From: Eledone cirrhosa
Taxonomy: Eukaryota
Assembly: GCA_964016885.1 (NCBI GenBank)
Contig: OZ024740.1
Coordinates: 339,822,001 to 339,886,000 of the forward strand
DNA length: 64,000 nucleotides
Direction of reading: 5' to 3'
Below, piece after piece: positions 25,595 through 38,517 of this stretch. The notes beneath the pieces are model-generated. The model was not told the origin of the DNA. It saw only the letters and a list, made by a program, of their open reading frames with translations, and ran no database searches. The stretch's first letter is position 1. Every line of letters begins with the position of its first letter. The position numbers and the translations under genes were made by a program.

Positions 25595-26864
25595 ATGTTC
25601 AGTTTTTATCGACACTAAACTTCAAGCACTCTTAATAAGTTGCTAACTTCAGTCTATCCCTTTCACTTTACACACTCATTAGATACTTGACATTTCAACA
25701 TAGTTTGATGTGAATTTACGATGGGACAAGTTGTATTTTGTATGTTTTGGATCATCCGGAAAAGGGGGAACCAAAATGAACATTATTGACACCTTGTGCT
25801 TTTTTATTAAAAAAGAGCAAGAAAGAGGTGGAAACCTGCTGGAAATTATGTGCTGTGTACAGGGAGGATGCTCTTAGGGAATGTATGTTCTAGAAGTGGT
25901 TTTCAAGATTTCAATTGGGAAATTTTTCTGGTTCAAGATGCATCTTGCTCTGGTCAACCAACTGAGATTAACTGTAACAAAATGAATGAGTTAGTCGCTA
26001 CCAACCCCTATTATATAACCTGGATGATCTCAGATGTTCTCCAAATATCAAAATCAAGGGTTGAAAAGCATCTACATCAACTTGTTTACATGAGCAGACT
26101 CGATGTTTGGGTTCCACATCAATTGAATGAGACTAACTTTGACCAGTGGATTTCCATCTGCAATTCAGTGCAGAAACATAAAAAAAAACAATCCTTTTTT
26201 GAAGAGAATGGTGATAGGGGACAAAAGATTGATCATCTATAATAATGTGAAATGCAAATGATCATGGGGAAAAGGTGGCAAACCCCTATAAACAATCTCC
26301 AAAGCAGGACTTCACCCAAAGAATGTTATACTTCCAATTTCGTTAGATTAGAAGGGTATAAACTTTTACAAGCTTCTTCCCAAGGACAGGACCATCAATT
26401 CAGATGTGTACTGTGACCAACTGAATAAATTAAAGGCAGCGATCCAATGGAAGTGTCCATCACTTAATAATCATAAGGGCATTGTCTCTTATCATGACAA
26501 TACCAGACAGCACATTTCTTTGCAGACATGGCAGCAGTTATTGGGGATTGGCTAGGAAGTTTTGCTGCACCCTCCACAATAGTCTGACATTGCACCTTCA
26601 GATTCCACCTATTTTGATCTCTTCAAAATTCATTGAATGGGTAGACCTTCAACTCTGAAAAAGATGTAAAACTTCAACTGGAAGAGTTGTTTACCAGTAA
26701 AGATAAGAAATTATTTGAGCAGGTAATAATGGACCTGCCCACAAGATGGCAGACGATACTGGAATGAAATTTTAATTATTCCATCGATTGAATAAATTGC
26801 TTTATGTTTAAGACTTGTGTTTTATTTTTGCTTAAAAAAATGAACAAACTTTTGGCCAACCCAA
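25595..26864 (+). mobile_element. Decayed mariner transposon
   Basis: WVPHQL, HDNTRQH and HPP..SDIAPSD motifs with stops and frameshifts; right TIR GAACAAACTTTTGGCCAACCCAA|TA; left TIR partly lost. Confidence 0.9.
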
Positions 26865-27474
26865 TATTTAGTCAGAAGAGGAGTTGTAAGACCCATGGTC
26901 ATTGCTCACAAACTAATGATAATATCTCTATCATGATCACATTAACTTTTTCCTTATAATTCTCCTCAATCTCATAGCTCTATCATGATTCTGACTATCA
27001 TAGCTCTAAACCAAAATTCTGACTACCAAAATTGTATTTGCTATTTCATACAATTCATCCGCTTAAGAACAGTTAAAATTGAATGTGAACTGCCTTTGAA
27101 ATGAAGGCTCAATCATGTGTATGCTATTACTGGTACACTGCTTTTATAGTCGGTAAGCTAAACCCTTCCATTATTATGCTGCCTTTTATTTTCAACTCAT
27201 TTTGAAAATAATCAAGAATTTTAAAAGATTTTGTAATATAACTTTTTTTTATTATTAAAATGATGTTTGGAATGTAACTTAAGAAAGGTTCTTGCATATA
27301 ATTATAATGGAAAGATTTTAGAGAAATATAAACACTTTAAACCAAACAACCATAGATCAATAATTAGATCTAGAAATTTGCTCCTTAATTTTGTGGTTCC
27401 ACAAAATTTTGTGGTTCTACTGTACATCAATATTTTGTTGATCATATGGAAAGGAGGGAGGTGAAGGTGGTGCA

Positions 27475-27517
<43 letters not shown>

Positions 27518-27655
27518 TATGAGAGGCTTCCACTCAGTTTCCATAAATCAAATTTCACTTACAATGCATTGGTCAGCCTGAAGTTTATACAGCATGACTG
27601 AACCTAAAATCTCATGGTTATCAACTGAACTCCTGAATCACACAAATTATGACTC

Positions 27656-27999
27656 ATCATCATTTCATCATTTCATTTTATGTCCACTTTTTCCCTGCTT
27701 GCAAGGGTGGGACGGGAACTGATGCTGGCTTGATTTCTACAGCTGGATGCCCTTCCTAACACCAACCTCATTTACACTGAGTGCTGGGTGCTTTTTTGCC
27801 GTAGCACCTCCACGACCACTTTGCAGTGGAATGATATGGACCCCAGTCCCTATCATCTCATTTCTACAGCTGAGTAAACTGGAGCAATGTGAAATAAAGT
27901 GTCTTGCTCAAGGAAACAACACATCACCCGGTCTGAGAATTGAACTCACAACCTTTCGATTGTAAGCCGAATGCTCTAACCACTAAGCCATGTGCCTCC
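27656..27999 (-). mobile_element. Full-length CORE-SINE
   Basis: Head GGAGGCACATGGCTTAGTGGTTAGAGCATTCGG..GAGTTCAATTC, CORE-like block, RTE-derived tail. Confidence 0.9.
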
Positions 28000-28304
28000 A
28001 TGTAACTATAAAAAATAAGATAAAGACCATCATGTTTATCAAATATTTCCCAGCCGTTTTTTTAATACATGGATCAATTTCTAACTTGATAGAATAAATA
28101 TTGTCAGTTTACAATTTCTAGCAACTTTGATAACATGGGTTGAAAAAAAATGTATTGGAATAAATATTTTGTAGTGAATATCAGTGTTTTCACAGCATAT
28201 TGTTGCATTGGAAACATGTTTCTGTCAAAATGGAAGACAAGAATTGTCTTTTACAAAGATTTTTTAAAAATTAGTCTTTAATGCAAAACAACAAATTTAA
28301 CCTG

Positions 28305-28383
<79 letters not shown>

Positions 28384-28514
28384 ACAGATAGAATGAGTGG
28401 GGGAGGTGATATGTTTATGCGTAAGCAAGAAATATAACTGTGAGCGTGTGTGAGTGAGTGTGTGTGTCAGAGATAGAATGAGACGGAGGGAATATGTTTA
28501 TGCATAAGCAAGAA

Positions 28515-28548
28515 ATATACATGTATACATTTATATATATATACATGT

Positions 28549-28593
<45 letters not shown>

Positions 28594-28706
28594 TATACAC
28601 ATGTATATATATACATGTATATATATATATACATGTATATACATATACATATGTATACATGTATATACATATATATATATATATACATATGTATACATGT
28701 ATATAC

Positions 28707-28737
<31 letters not shown>

Positions 28738-28738
28738 C

Positions 28739-28774
<36 letters not shown>

Positions 28775-28919
28775 ATATGTATATATACATATATATATAT
28801 ACATATGTATATATACATATATATACGTATACATATATATATATACATGTATCTACATATATATATATACATGTATATACATATATATACATATACATAT
28901 ACATATATATATATGCATA

Positions 28920-28993
<74 letters not shown>

Positions 28994-28998
28994 TATAC

Positions 28999-29045
<47 letters not shown>

Positions 29046-29324
29046 CATATATATACATATGTATATATATATAGAGATATATATATATACATGTATATAC
29101 ATATATATATACATATGTATACATGTATATACATATACATATGCATATATATATACATATATATATATACATATATATATACATATATATACATATATAT
29201 ATACATATATATACATACATATATATATATATATACATATATATGCATATATATACGGCTTGAGCTCTGCCGTCGGGGTCATACATTTTCCTATACATAT
29301 ATATATATAAACATATATATATAC

Positions 29325-29381
<57 letters not shown>

Positions 29382-29408
29382 CATATATACATATATATAC
29401 ATATATAC

Positions 29409-29439
<31 letters not shown>

Positions 29440-29441
29440 GA

Positions 29442-29473
<32 letters not shown>

Positions 29474-29647
29474 CATATATATATATACATATATATACAT
29501 ATATATATATATACATCATCATTATCATCATCATCACCGTTTTACGTCCGTTCTTCCACGCTAGCATGGGTTAGACGGGTTGTCCTGTTATATATATATA
29601 CATATACATATATATACATATACATATATTCATATACATATACATAT

Positions 29648-29678
<31 letters not shown>

Positions 29679-29693
29679 CATATATACATATAC

Positions 29694-29725
<32 letters not shown>

Positions 29726-30250
29726 ATACATACACATATATATATATACATATATATACATATATGTATATATATATATACATATACATATATATATATA
29801 TACATATAAATATATACATATACATATATATATACATATATATATATATATACATATACATAGATATATATACATATACATATATATATATATATACGTA
29901 TATATATATATATACATATATATACATATATATATATATATATACATATATACATATATATACATATATATACATATATATATACATATATATACATATA
30001 TATACATATATATATATGCATATCATCATCATCATCATCATCAACGTTTAACGTTCCATGCTTGCATGGGTTTGGACGGGGGTTTTCCCACTTGAGGCAA
30101 GAGTGATTGTCTTGCTCGCATAGGACTGTCTGGCGTGTTTTCTACAGCTGGATGCCCTTCCTAACACCAACCACATTTACATACATATATATATATACAT
30201 ATATATGCATATATATACATATATATATTTACATATATATACATATATAT
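28515..30250. repeat. Large (TA/TACA)n tract containing short RTE 3' ends at 29515-29588 and 30022-30180
   Basis: Direct inspection; similar tracts at 16190-16451, 32362-32690, 33685-34472 and 42477-42624. Confidence 0.95.
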
Positions 30251-32362
30251 CATCATCATCATCATCATCACCGTTTTACGTCCGTTCTTCCATGCTAGCA
30301 TGGGTTAGATGGGTTGATCTGTTGTGGGCAGTGTCTGGTCGGCTGACCATGCCTTGCTCATACAGGAACTGATTTTGGCTTGATTTCTACAGCTGGATGC
30401 CCTTCCTAACACCAACCTCATTTACAGTGAGGGCTGGGTGCTTTTTCCGTGGCGCCTACACGTCCACTTTACAGTGTGGGCTGGGTGCTTTTTTGCCATG
30501 GCACCTCCACGACCACCTTGCAGTGGGAGGGTGTGGGGGCATATTGTCTATATGCTTCAGCTTGTACCCATGGGAGGTCGGGTACTCTGTATTACTGCGT
30601 GACGCCAGAGGTCACGGTTGTATGTCATCGCCTTTGAGAGGTGTAATTGAGTAAGGTCGGCTTTTATCACCTCATCCCAGGTCTTCTTGGGTCTCCCCAC
30701 TCCGCGGTTTCCATTGACTTCTAGTGATTCTGCACCTTTTTATGCAGCTGTCATCCTTCATACGCATCACATGTCCATACCAATGTAACCTCCTCTCCTG
30801 CACACAGCATTTGATTCCTCTTATGCTCAGTCTCTCTCTCAATTCATTTATGCTTTGTCGTTCGTGTATATTACTATTACACATCCATTGGAGCATGCAG
30901 GCTTCGTTTCTTTCTAATCTACGTAAGTCTTCCACCTTCAGTGCCCAGGTCTCACTACCATGTAACATTGCTGTTCGGATACACGCATCATACAGTCTGC
31001 CTTTCATTTTGAGGGAGAAGCCTTTTGCAGCTAGCAGTGGCAGTAGTTCCCTGAACTTCTTCCATCCCGTTCTTACCCTAGTTATTGTACTTTCTGAACA
31101 CCCACCTCCGCTGCTAATTCGGTCACCTAGGTAGCAGAAGCTCTCTACTGTTTCTACAGAGCCCTCCCAGAGATTAGTGGTACTTGTTTCCTGTGGCTGT
31201 TTGCTGCTTGCTGTCTCAGCACAGCTGCTGCATGTGAAGCCTACATTCTTAATTAAGCTTCCTGAGATCCCGCTACATCACTTGTGTACCCATTTTTGCA
31301 TTTGGGGCAGAGAATGGAGTTCCTACCTACACCTTTCCTACATACTGAGCAAAGCCATTTCTCTGAGAGGATCTGGGTTCTGTTTTCTCGTCTACTTACA
31401 AGGACCTTAGTCTTTGTCATGTTGACTTTTAGACCCTTTCTTTCTAGTCCCTGCTTCCAAGTTTGGAATTTCTTCTCTAGTTCTACCATAGATTCAGCTA
31501 TAAGTGTGAGGTCATCAACATACAGGAGTTCCCATGGGCATCCGGTCTTAAACTCCTCCGTTATTGCCTGCAGGACTATGATGAACAGGAGAGGGCTAAG
31601 AACAGAGCCCTGGTGGACACCAACTTGTACGCTAAATTCCTCGCTATACTCATTGCTAATCCTAACTTTGCTGACTGCTCCCCTATACATGGCTTGTACA
31701 GCTTTCACAAGCCATTCATCTACTCCTAGTTTTCTAAGAGCCCACCAGATTACAGCACGTGGAACTCTGTCAAAAGCTTTCTCGAGATCGACGAATGCCA
31801 GGTAGAGTGGCTTACTTTTAGCTAGATACTTTTCCTGTAACTGCCTCACAAGGAAGAGGGCATCAGTGGTGCCTCTTCCTGGTACAAACCCAAATTGCAT
31901 CTCATCTAGTTTCACCCGGTCCCTAATAAACTGTGCTATAACTCTTTCTGTTACTTTCATGACTTGGTCCATCCGCTTTACACCTCTATAGTTTCCTCTA
32001 TCTAGTGCATCACTTTTACCTTTGTAGCAGTTGACAATGATGCTACTGCACCAATCTTTTGGTATGACACCTTCTAGTATTACCTGGTTAACAATACGTG
32101 TGGTTATAGTGTGACCTACAGACCCAGATGCCTTCAGCATCTCGGCAGCTATACCGGATGGACCGGTTGCCTTCCCCATCTTCATATCTAGGGTCTGTTC
32201 TTCCCATGCATTCTCCTCATTTAGTAATCTATCATAATGGCTCTTCCATGCATCTTTCTTCTCAGCACTTATCATTCCGGATACACTTCTCTCCAATGAC
32301 ATCACAATTCTTGAACACCTCCTGTTTCTGGTCCTCACGTTGCAAAACATGCTTGAATTTTC
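30250..32362 (-). mobile_element. RTE-clade LINE subfamily B, 5'-truncated, with RT and a Cys-rich finger
   Basis: [81 protein letters not shown]; frameshifts and deletions; (ATG)n tail. Confidence 0.95.
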
Positions 32363-32373
32363 TATATATATAC

Positions 32374-32438
<65 letters not shown>

Positions 32439-32729
32439 TATACATATATATACATATATATACATATATATACATATATATATACATATATATATACATA
32501 TATATATATACATATATATATACATATATATATATACATATATATATATACATATATATACATATATATATACATATATAAACATATATATATATACATA
32601 TATATATACATATATATATACATATATATATATACATATATATATACATGTATATATATATGTATATATACATATATATATACATATATATGAAATATAA
32701 GAATCAAAGAACTGTTGAAAACATTTTTA

Positions 32730-32776
32730 TGCTTACAACTGTTTCCTCCAAACCGAGGTTTGGATTCTTCGGAGCA
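32730..32776 (-). ncRNA. Minimal hammerhead-ribozyme-like motif, inverted copy of 33176-33222
   Basis: Exact reverse complement of 33176-33222. Confidence 0.6.
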
Positions 32777-33175
32777 ATTTATTAATATTTTTAATGCTTG
32801 CACTATTTTTAATGCTTATATTATTTTCCACACACAGACTATAACAATCATATAAAGAATTTGTCACCAGATCAACCAACCTAACACTCTAGTTTACCTA
32901 CTTAAGTGCTTCTACTACACGTAACTCTCTGCCACACTATATAAACAAGACGCACGTGCTTGCCACACAGATAACCTTTGCACTATATAACCGCTTATTT
33001 TCATGTTGTATTTTAACCTGTATTTTTTATTGTATCTTTTAATATGAATGTAATCTCTAAGTGTGTACTGCCACTCTAAATGCTGTAATGAATGTTGACC
33101 CACAATATTTGCATATGTATCTGTATGTCTCTTGGGTGAAAAGGAGGTCATATAAGTGTTCATTCATTAATAAAT

Positions 33176-33222
33176 TGCTCCGAAGAATCCAAACCTCGGT
33201 TTGGAGGAAACAGTTGTAAGCA
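33176..33222 (+). ncRNA. Minimal type I hammerhead-ribozyme-like motif (Penelope pLTR type)
   Basis: Stem I TGCT/AGCA, core CCGAAGA (U4C variant of CUGANGA), stem II TCCAAAC-ctcg-GTTTGGA, GAAAC-agtt-GTA; predicted cut after 33218. Confidence 0.65.
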
Positions 33223-33587
33223 TAAAAATGTTTTGAACAGTTCTTTGATTCTTATATTTCATATAACTGCTCTGTAAATCATCTGATGTTTTTACATTGA
33301 GCTACTTAACTTACTGGTAATAAGGTAGTAATATATTACTGCCTACCACTATTTAGGGTTTGTATAAAAATATATATAACTGCAAAAGGTTTTTGTATTT
33401 ACATAACCATAAATAGTATAATTAATACTATACATATATATATACATATATATATATACATATATATATATATACATATATATATATACATATATATATA
33501 CATATATATATATATATGAAATATAAGAATCAAAGAACTGTTCAAAACATTTTTATGCTTACATATAAGGAACACTTGTAACCGTTT

Positions 33588-33630
33588 ATGCCCTTGAGAA
33601 GCCCAACTGGGCGAAACGAACGTAGGTGAT
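33588..33630 (+). ncRNA. Second hammerhead-like motif with a U3-A8 core variant
   Basis: CC-TTGAGAA-GCCC-aact-GGGC-GAAAC-gaac-GTA-GG; stem I is weak. Confidence 0.5.
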
Positions 33631-33683
33631 GTTTTCAATAAACATGTTTTAACGGTCTATTCTCCGACTTTTCACTTTCCCAC

Positions 33684-33714
<31 letters not shown>

Positions 33715-34363
33715 CATATACATATACATATACATATATATATACGTATATATATACATATATATATACATATATATATACATATACATATATATATACG
33801 TATATATATACATATATATATACATACATATATACATATATATATGTACATACATGCCTGTATATATATATACATACATGCCTGTATATATATATACATA
33901 CATACCTGTATATATATATATACATACATGCCTGTATATATATATATATACACACATGCCTACATATATATATACATACATGCCTGTATATATATATATA
34001 TATATATATATACATACATGCCTACATATATATATGTGTACATATATATATATGTATATACATATATATATGTGTACATATATATATATGTATATACATA
34101 TATATATACATACATGCCTATATATATACACATATATACATATATATATATGTGTACATATATATATATATGTATATACATATATATATACATACATGCC
34201 TATATATATACACATATATATATATGTACATATATATATATATGTACATATATATATATATTATGTATATACATATATTTATACATACATGCCTATATAT
34301 ATATATACACACATTATGTATATACATATATATATACATACATACATATATATATATAAATTT

Positions 34364-34432
<69 letters not shown>

Positions 34433-34442
34433 ATATATATAT

Positions 34443-34473
<31 letters not shown>

Positions 34474-35565
34474 GAGAGAGAGTAGTTACACTACTAATAC
34501 TATATTTTATTAATGTTGTATTCATTTCTAAAAGAAATTTTCTATATATTTTTCACTAATATTTTAGTGATTAAATTCACGTAAAATCTTATTTGATTTT
34601 ATCATTTATTATAGCTAAAGCTTTATCAGTTTCTTCACTACATCACATATTGTATTTAGTATTCAGTGATTGGTATTCCATACACCAAATCATGTATTTA
34701 GTATACCTTATATTGTGTTTACTGTGCAGTATAGTAAATATTGTACATTAAATCCTGTAGTTAGTTTTTAATACCCCAAATATTGTCTTTAATAGTCAGT
34801 GGTTCCTATCTAGCATACTAAATATTGTACTTATTTAGTGTGTATTATAATAAATATTGTGCTTAGTATACTCAATATTTTCTTTACTCTTTAGGACACT
34901 AAATCTTGTGTTTTATTATTTGGTTGACTAAATATTGTGCTTAGGTTTTAGTAAACCAAATATTGTATTTAGGGTTTAATAAATACTGATTTTAGTGTTT
35001 TGTGTACCAAATACTGGCTTTAGTATTTAGTATACCAAATAGTATACCAAATAGTAACTAGCATTTAGTATACCAAATGCTCCATTTAAGGTTTAGTAAA
35101 CCAAATATTGTGCTTTGTATTTAGTACACCAAAAACTGTGTGTAATGTTTTTAGACATTCTCTGTCTCATTAGATTTCATTTTTATTTTATCCTTTTCAT
35201 TTGTAACCCCAACAAATTAAGTAGCTGCTTGGGACCTGTACATTACTGGTGAATCTTGTTAGGAATGACTTCCAATAAAAAAATTTTTTTAACAAACATA
35301 CTGCTCTCAGTGTTTAACCCTTTTGATACCAAACTACTCCTAGTTCTAAAGATACAAAACTTAATTTTCAAAGCGTTTATATCTATATAAAGTCCTTCCA
35401 TCATAATTTGATTGAGGAACCTTTGTTAACTTATGTTCTAAACACCAGTTGAATAATGAAAATGTTAGGCATATTACTAAATGCCTTCAAATTCTTGATT
35501 GTTTTTGAAATTATTTGAAAATCATCAGCAGTGTTTTTTGTTAGAAATACAGTAACAAAAGGGTT

Positions 35566-36726
35566 CATCATCATCATCATCATCAACGTTTAACGTCCGT
35601 GTTCCACGCTTGCATGGGTTTGGACGGGGGTATTCCCACTTGAGGCAAGAGTGATTGTCTTGCTCGCATAGGACTGTCTGGCAGGTTTTCTACAGTTGGA
35701 TGCCCTTCCTAACACCAACCACATTTACAGTGTGGGTCTGGGAGGTTTTTACCATGTTGCCTACACGGCCACATTACAGCGTGGACTGTGTGTTTTTTTG
35801 TCGTGACACCTACACGATCTCATTTGTTTCGGCCTGGATGGCGTGGCACCGACATAACTTTACATAGAAGGGGGGTGGTGTGGATGGGGGGGGTGTATTT
35901 TGTTAGAGATGCCTACTGGCTGTAGTAGGTTTTACTATGTATTTAGGTAAGGCGGGTCTTCTCTGTTACTGAGTACCGCCAAAGGTCTCGGTCCAGTGAC
36001 ATTGTCTTGGAGAGGTGTAAGTGTGTGAGGTCGGAGTTTATCAGCTCGTCCCAAGTTTTTCTAGGTCTGCCTATTCCGTGGCTACCGTCTATCTTTATTG
36101 CCCTGCACTTTGTTATACAGCTATCGACTTTCATGCGCATCACGTGTCCATACCAACGTAGCCTTCTCTCGAGTAAACAACATCTGATCCCTCTTATTTC
36201 TAATTTTTTCCTTAGTTCGTTTATGCTTTGCCGTTAGCGTATATTACTGTTACACATCCAGCGGAGCATGCAAGCTTCATTCCTCTCTAGTCTGCGTATA
36301 TCCTCTGCACACAACGCCCAGGTCTCACTGCCATGCAACATTGCTGTTCGTATGCAGGCATCATACAACCTGCCTTTCATTTTTAGGGAGAACCCTTTAG
36401 CAGCTAATAGTGGTATAAGCTCTCTGAACTTTTTCCATCCAGTTCTGACTCTAGCTACTGTACTTTCTGAGCACCCTCCCCCACTGCTGATTTTGTCACC
36501 CAGGTAACGGAAGCTGTCCACTATTTCTATAGAGCCCTCTGCGCAGTTGTAAGAGCTAGTATTTTGTGGGCACTTGCTGCTACTTATTGCACCAGAGCAC
36601 CGGCCACATGTAAAATCTATGTTCTTAGTTAGCTTACCTGTGATCCCACTACATCTTTTATGCACCCATACTTTGTATTTGGGACATAAAATGGAGTTTC
36701 TACCTACGCCTTTCCTACACACTGAC
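35566..36726 (-). mobile_element. RTE-clade LINE subfamily A, 3' 1.15 kb
   Basis: ORF 36234-36722 [32 protein letters not shown] and ORF 35943-36143 GRPRKTW; (ATG)n tail. Confidence 0.95.
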
Positions 36727-37132
36727 CAGATAAATGAACCACTGCTCGGCGACGGCCCCGTCCCTTCTCAATCGAGTGAGCGAAGAAACTACGGAAGTGG
36801 CGGTTTTTCATCGACGCAAACGCGCACGGTACCCGACATAATATTATAAATTCTTTCTTTCACACTCAGTACTTAGTTTTCTAAATTTCAGCTTCCAGTG
36901 TTCGTGTTTGAATTAGTATCATCTCTCTATTAAAGCATGAAACTTCCCTCCAGTTTATTGATTTCTAATTTAAGCTCAAGACCATCAGATTTGAATGAAG
37001 AAGAGAGTTGGTTAAATCAATCTCATTACTTGACTGGTACTTTATTTTATCGACTCTGCAAAGATGAACTAACACCAATATATTAAAATATCAAGAAACA
37101 AACTATTTCATCTCATTTCTTTTCTTTTGCAG

Positions 37133-37261
37133 ATATATTTTCTGGGCTGACCAAGGAACCAAACAAATTGAGCGTTCTCGGTTAAATGGTAATCACCGGC
37201 GAGTATTAATTGATTCTGGTCTTCAATGGCCGAACCAATTAGCAATCAGTCCTGCCACAAA
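37133..37261 (+). CDS. LRP/LDLR-family-like gene, exon a (YWTD repeat)
   Basis: ttttcttttgcag acceptor, gtaagc donor; YIFWADQGTKQIERSRLNGNHRRVLIDSGLQWPNQLAISPAT; phase 2 to 2; absent from the ORF track. Confidence 0.93.
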
Positions 37262-38233
37262 GTAAGCTAAATTGTTTTACAGTTTAATATTTACTGATAC
37301 AGTTTTATTTTATAATATGGAATGTTGTAGTTCTTATATATTCTAGAACATTTGAAAGTAGAGGGAAACAATTTAAAGAAATGTTATTTCAATACTGGGC
37401 ATAGCTTTATTTAATGTTCCTTTGAAAATAGAGGGAAGTGATTTCAGTTCCAGGCTCAGCTGACTAACTGAAATATACCCTTATCCAGTGTTACATACCC
37501 CACTACCCTTGACTTCAAATGCTAGATTAATTGTTGGCTTATTTAAGAATGAGGGAGAGATAGAGTGTGAGGCTAACAACCTTTCCTCCATTAATTGAAA
37601 TTGCTTCAGAAACGACCTGACCCAGAAACAAGCATGTAACAAGGTTTGCAACTGTGTATAATGGACATCTTTTGTTGCCCAATTCTCCATGGGGAGCAAA
37701 AGGAACTAAAGAAGATGTTCTAATAAAGTGGTTTCCAAGCTAGGTTTATTAACCTATAGATTTCACTAAAATCTTTTGTGGGTTTATGAATAAAAGGCAG
37801 GTGGGGGTTACACAGTGTTTGTCAGAAAAGTTTGATAGTTCTTCATCACAAGTTTCTGTTTTAATATGTTATTCTTTTACAAAATATTATACTTCGTTTT
37901 TATAAAGAAAAATAAGATGTGTATATATTCTTTCTATTATCAAGTTTAAGGGCTCTTTAAATCTCTGTGATATTTAGGATTCATATAAGGAAAAACACTG
38001 GAAACCACTCTATCTGTAGTGTGTATGTGTGTACACACACACAAATATATGTGTATATATATATATATATATATAAGATTTTTTACAAAAAAAAAGAAAA
38101 AAAATGAGCCAAAAATTTGTACCATAATAATACAGATATTTATATGAAATCAATTTTTTTTAAAACACAAAACAATTTTTTCCAATATGTCAATGTAATC
38201 AAATGCCTTAACAACTTGTATTTCTATCTTCAG

Positions 38234-38517
38234 ACGCCTCTATTGGGTCGAAGGAATGAACCACATGATTATGTCATGTGACATGAATGGAAAAGACATA
38301 AAGCTGGAACGAAATACAACCGAGAAGACTGGCAGCAACGTAATTTTTGGACTTGCTTTGTCTGGAAATCGAGCCATTATTAGTGTGTGGTTCCAAGCAA
38401 CTCTTTATTCAACGTTAGTTGAAGCTGCTGCTGCTTCTTGGAAAGTGGAATCAGAAAAAATTGGTACCGATGAACTGTTTAGTATCATTGTCGCTGATGG
38501 TTCTGTTCAAGCAGCAG
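38234..38517 (+). CDS. LRP-like gene, exon b (last two propeller repeats)
   Basis: tatcttcag / gtagag; (K)RLYWVEGMNHMIMSCDMNGKD..IFGLALSGNRAIISVW..SVQAA; phase 2 to 1. Confidence 0.92.

Larger units (their letters stand above)
23225..25595. repeat. Degenerate (TG/TA) low-complexity tract interrupted by SINE and mariner pieces
   Basis: Direct inspection; source of the His/Thr-rich spurious ORFs. Confidence 0.85.

Noticed and set aside
27930-27999. tRNA gene
   Set aside because: The A and B boxes are a SINE head that runs into the CORE domain; no full cloverleaf or terminator
32363-32803. N-terminal third of the 516-aa ORF
   Set aside because: Read-through of a TA tract and the hammerhead repeat; only the part below about 32360 is RTE
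28415-34525. Many long YI/IY-repeat ORFs (also near 16.1, 42 and 47 kb)
   Set aside because: (TA)n microsatellite artefacts
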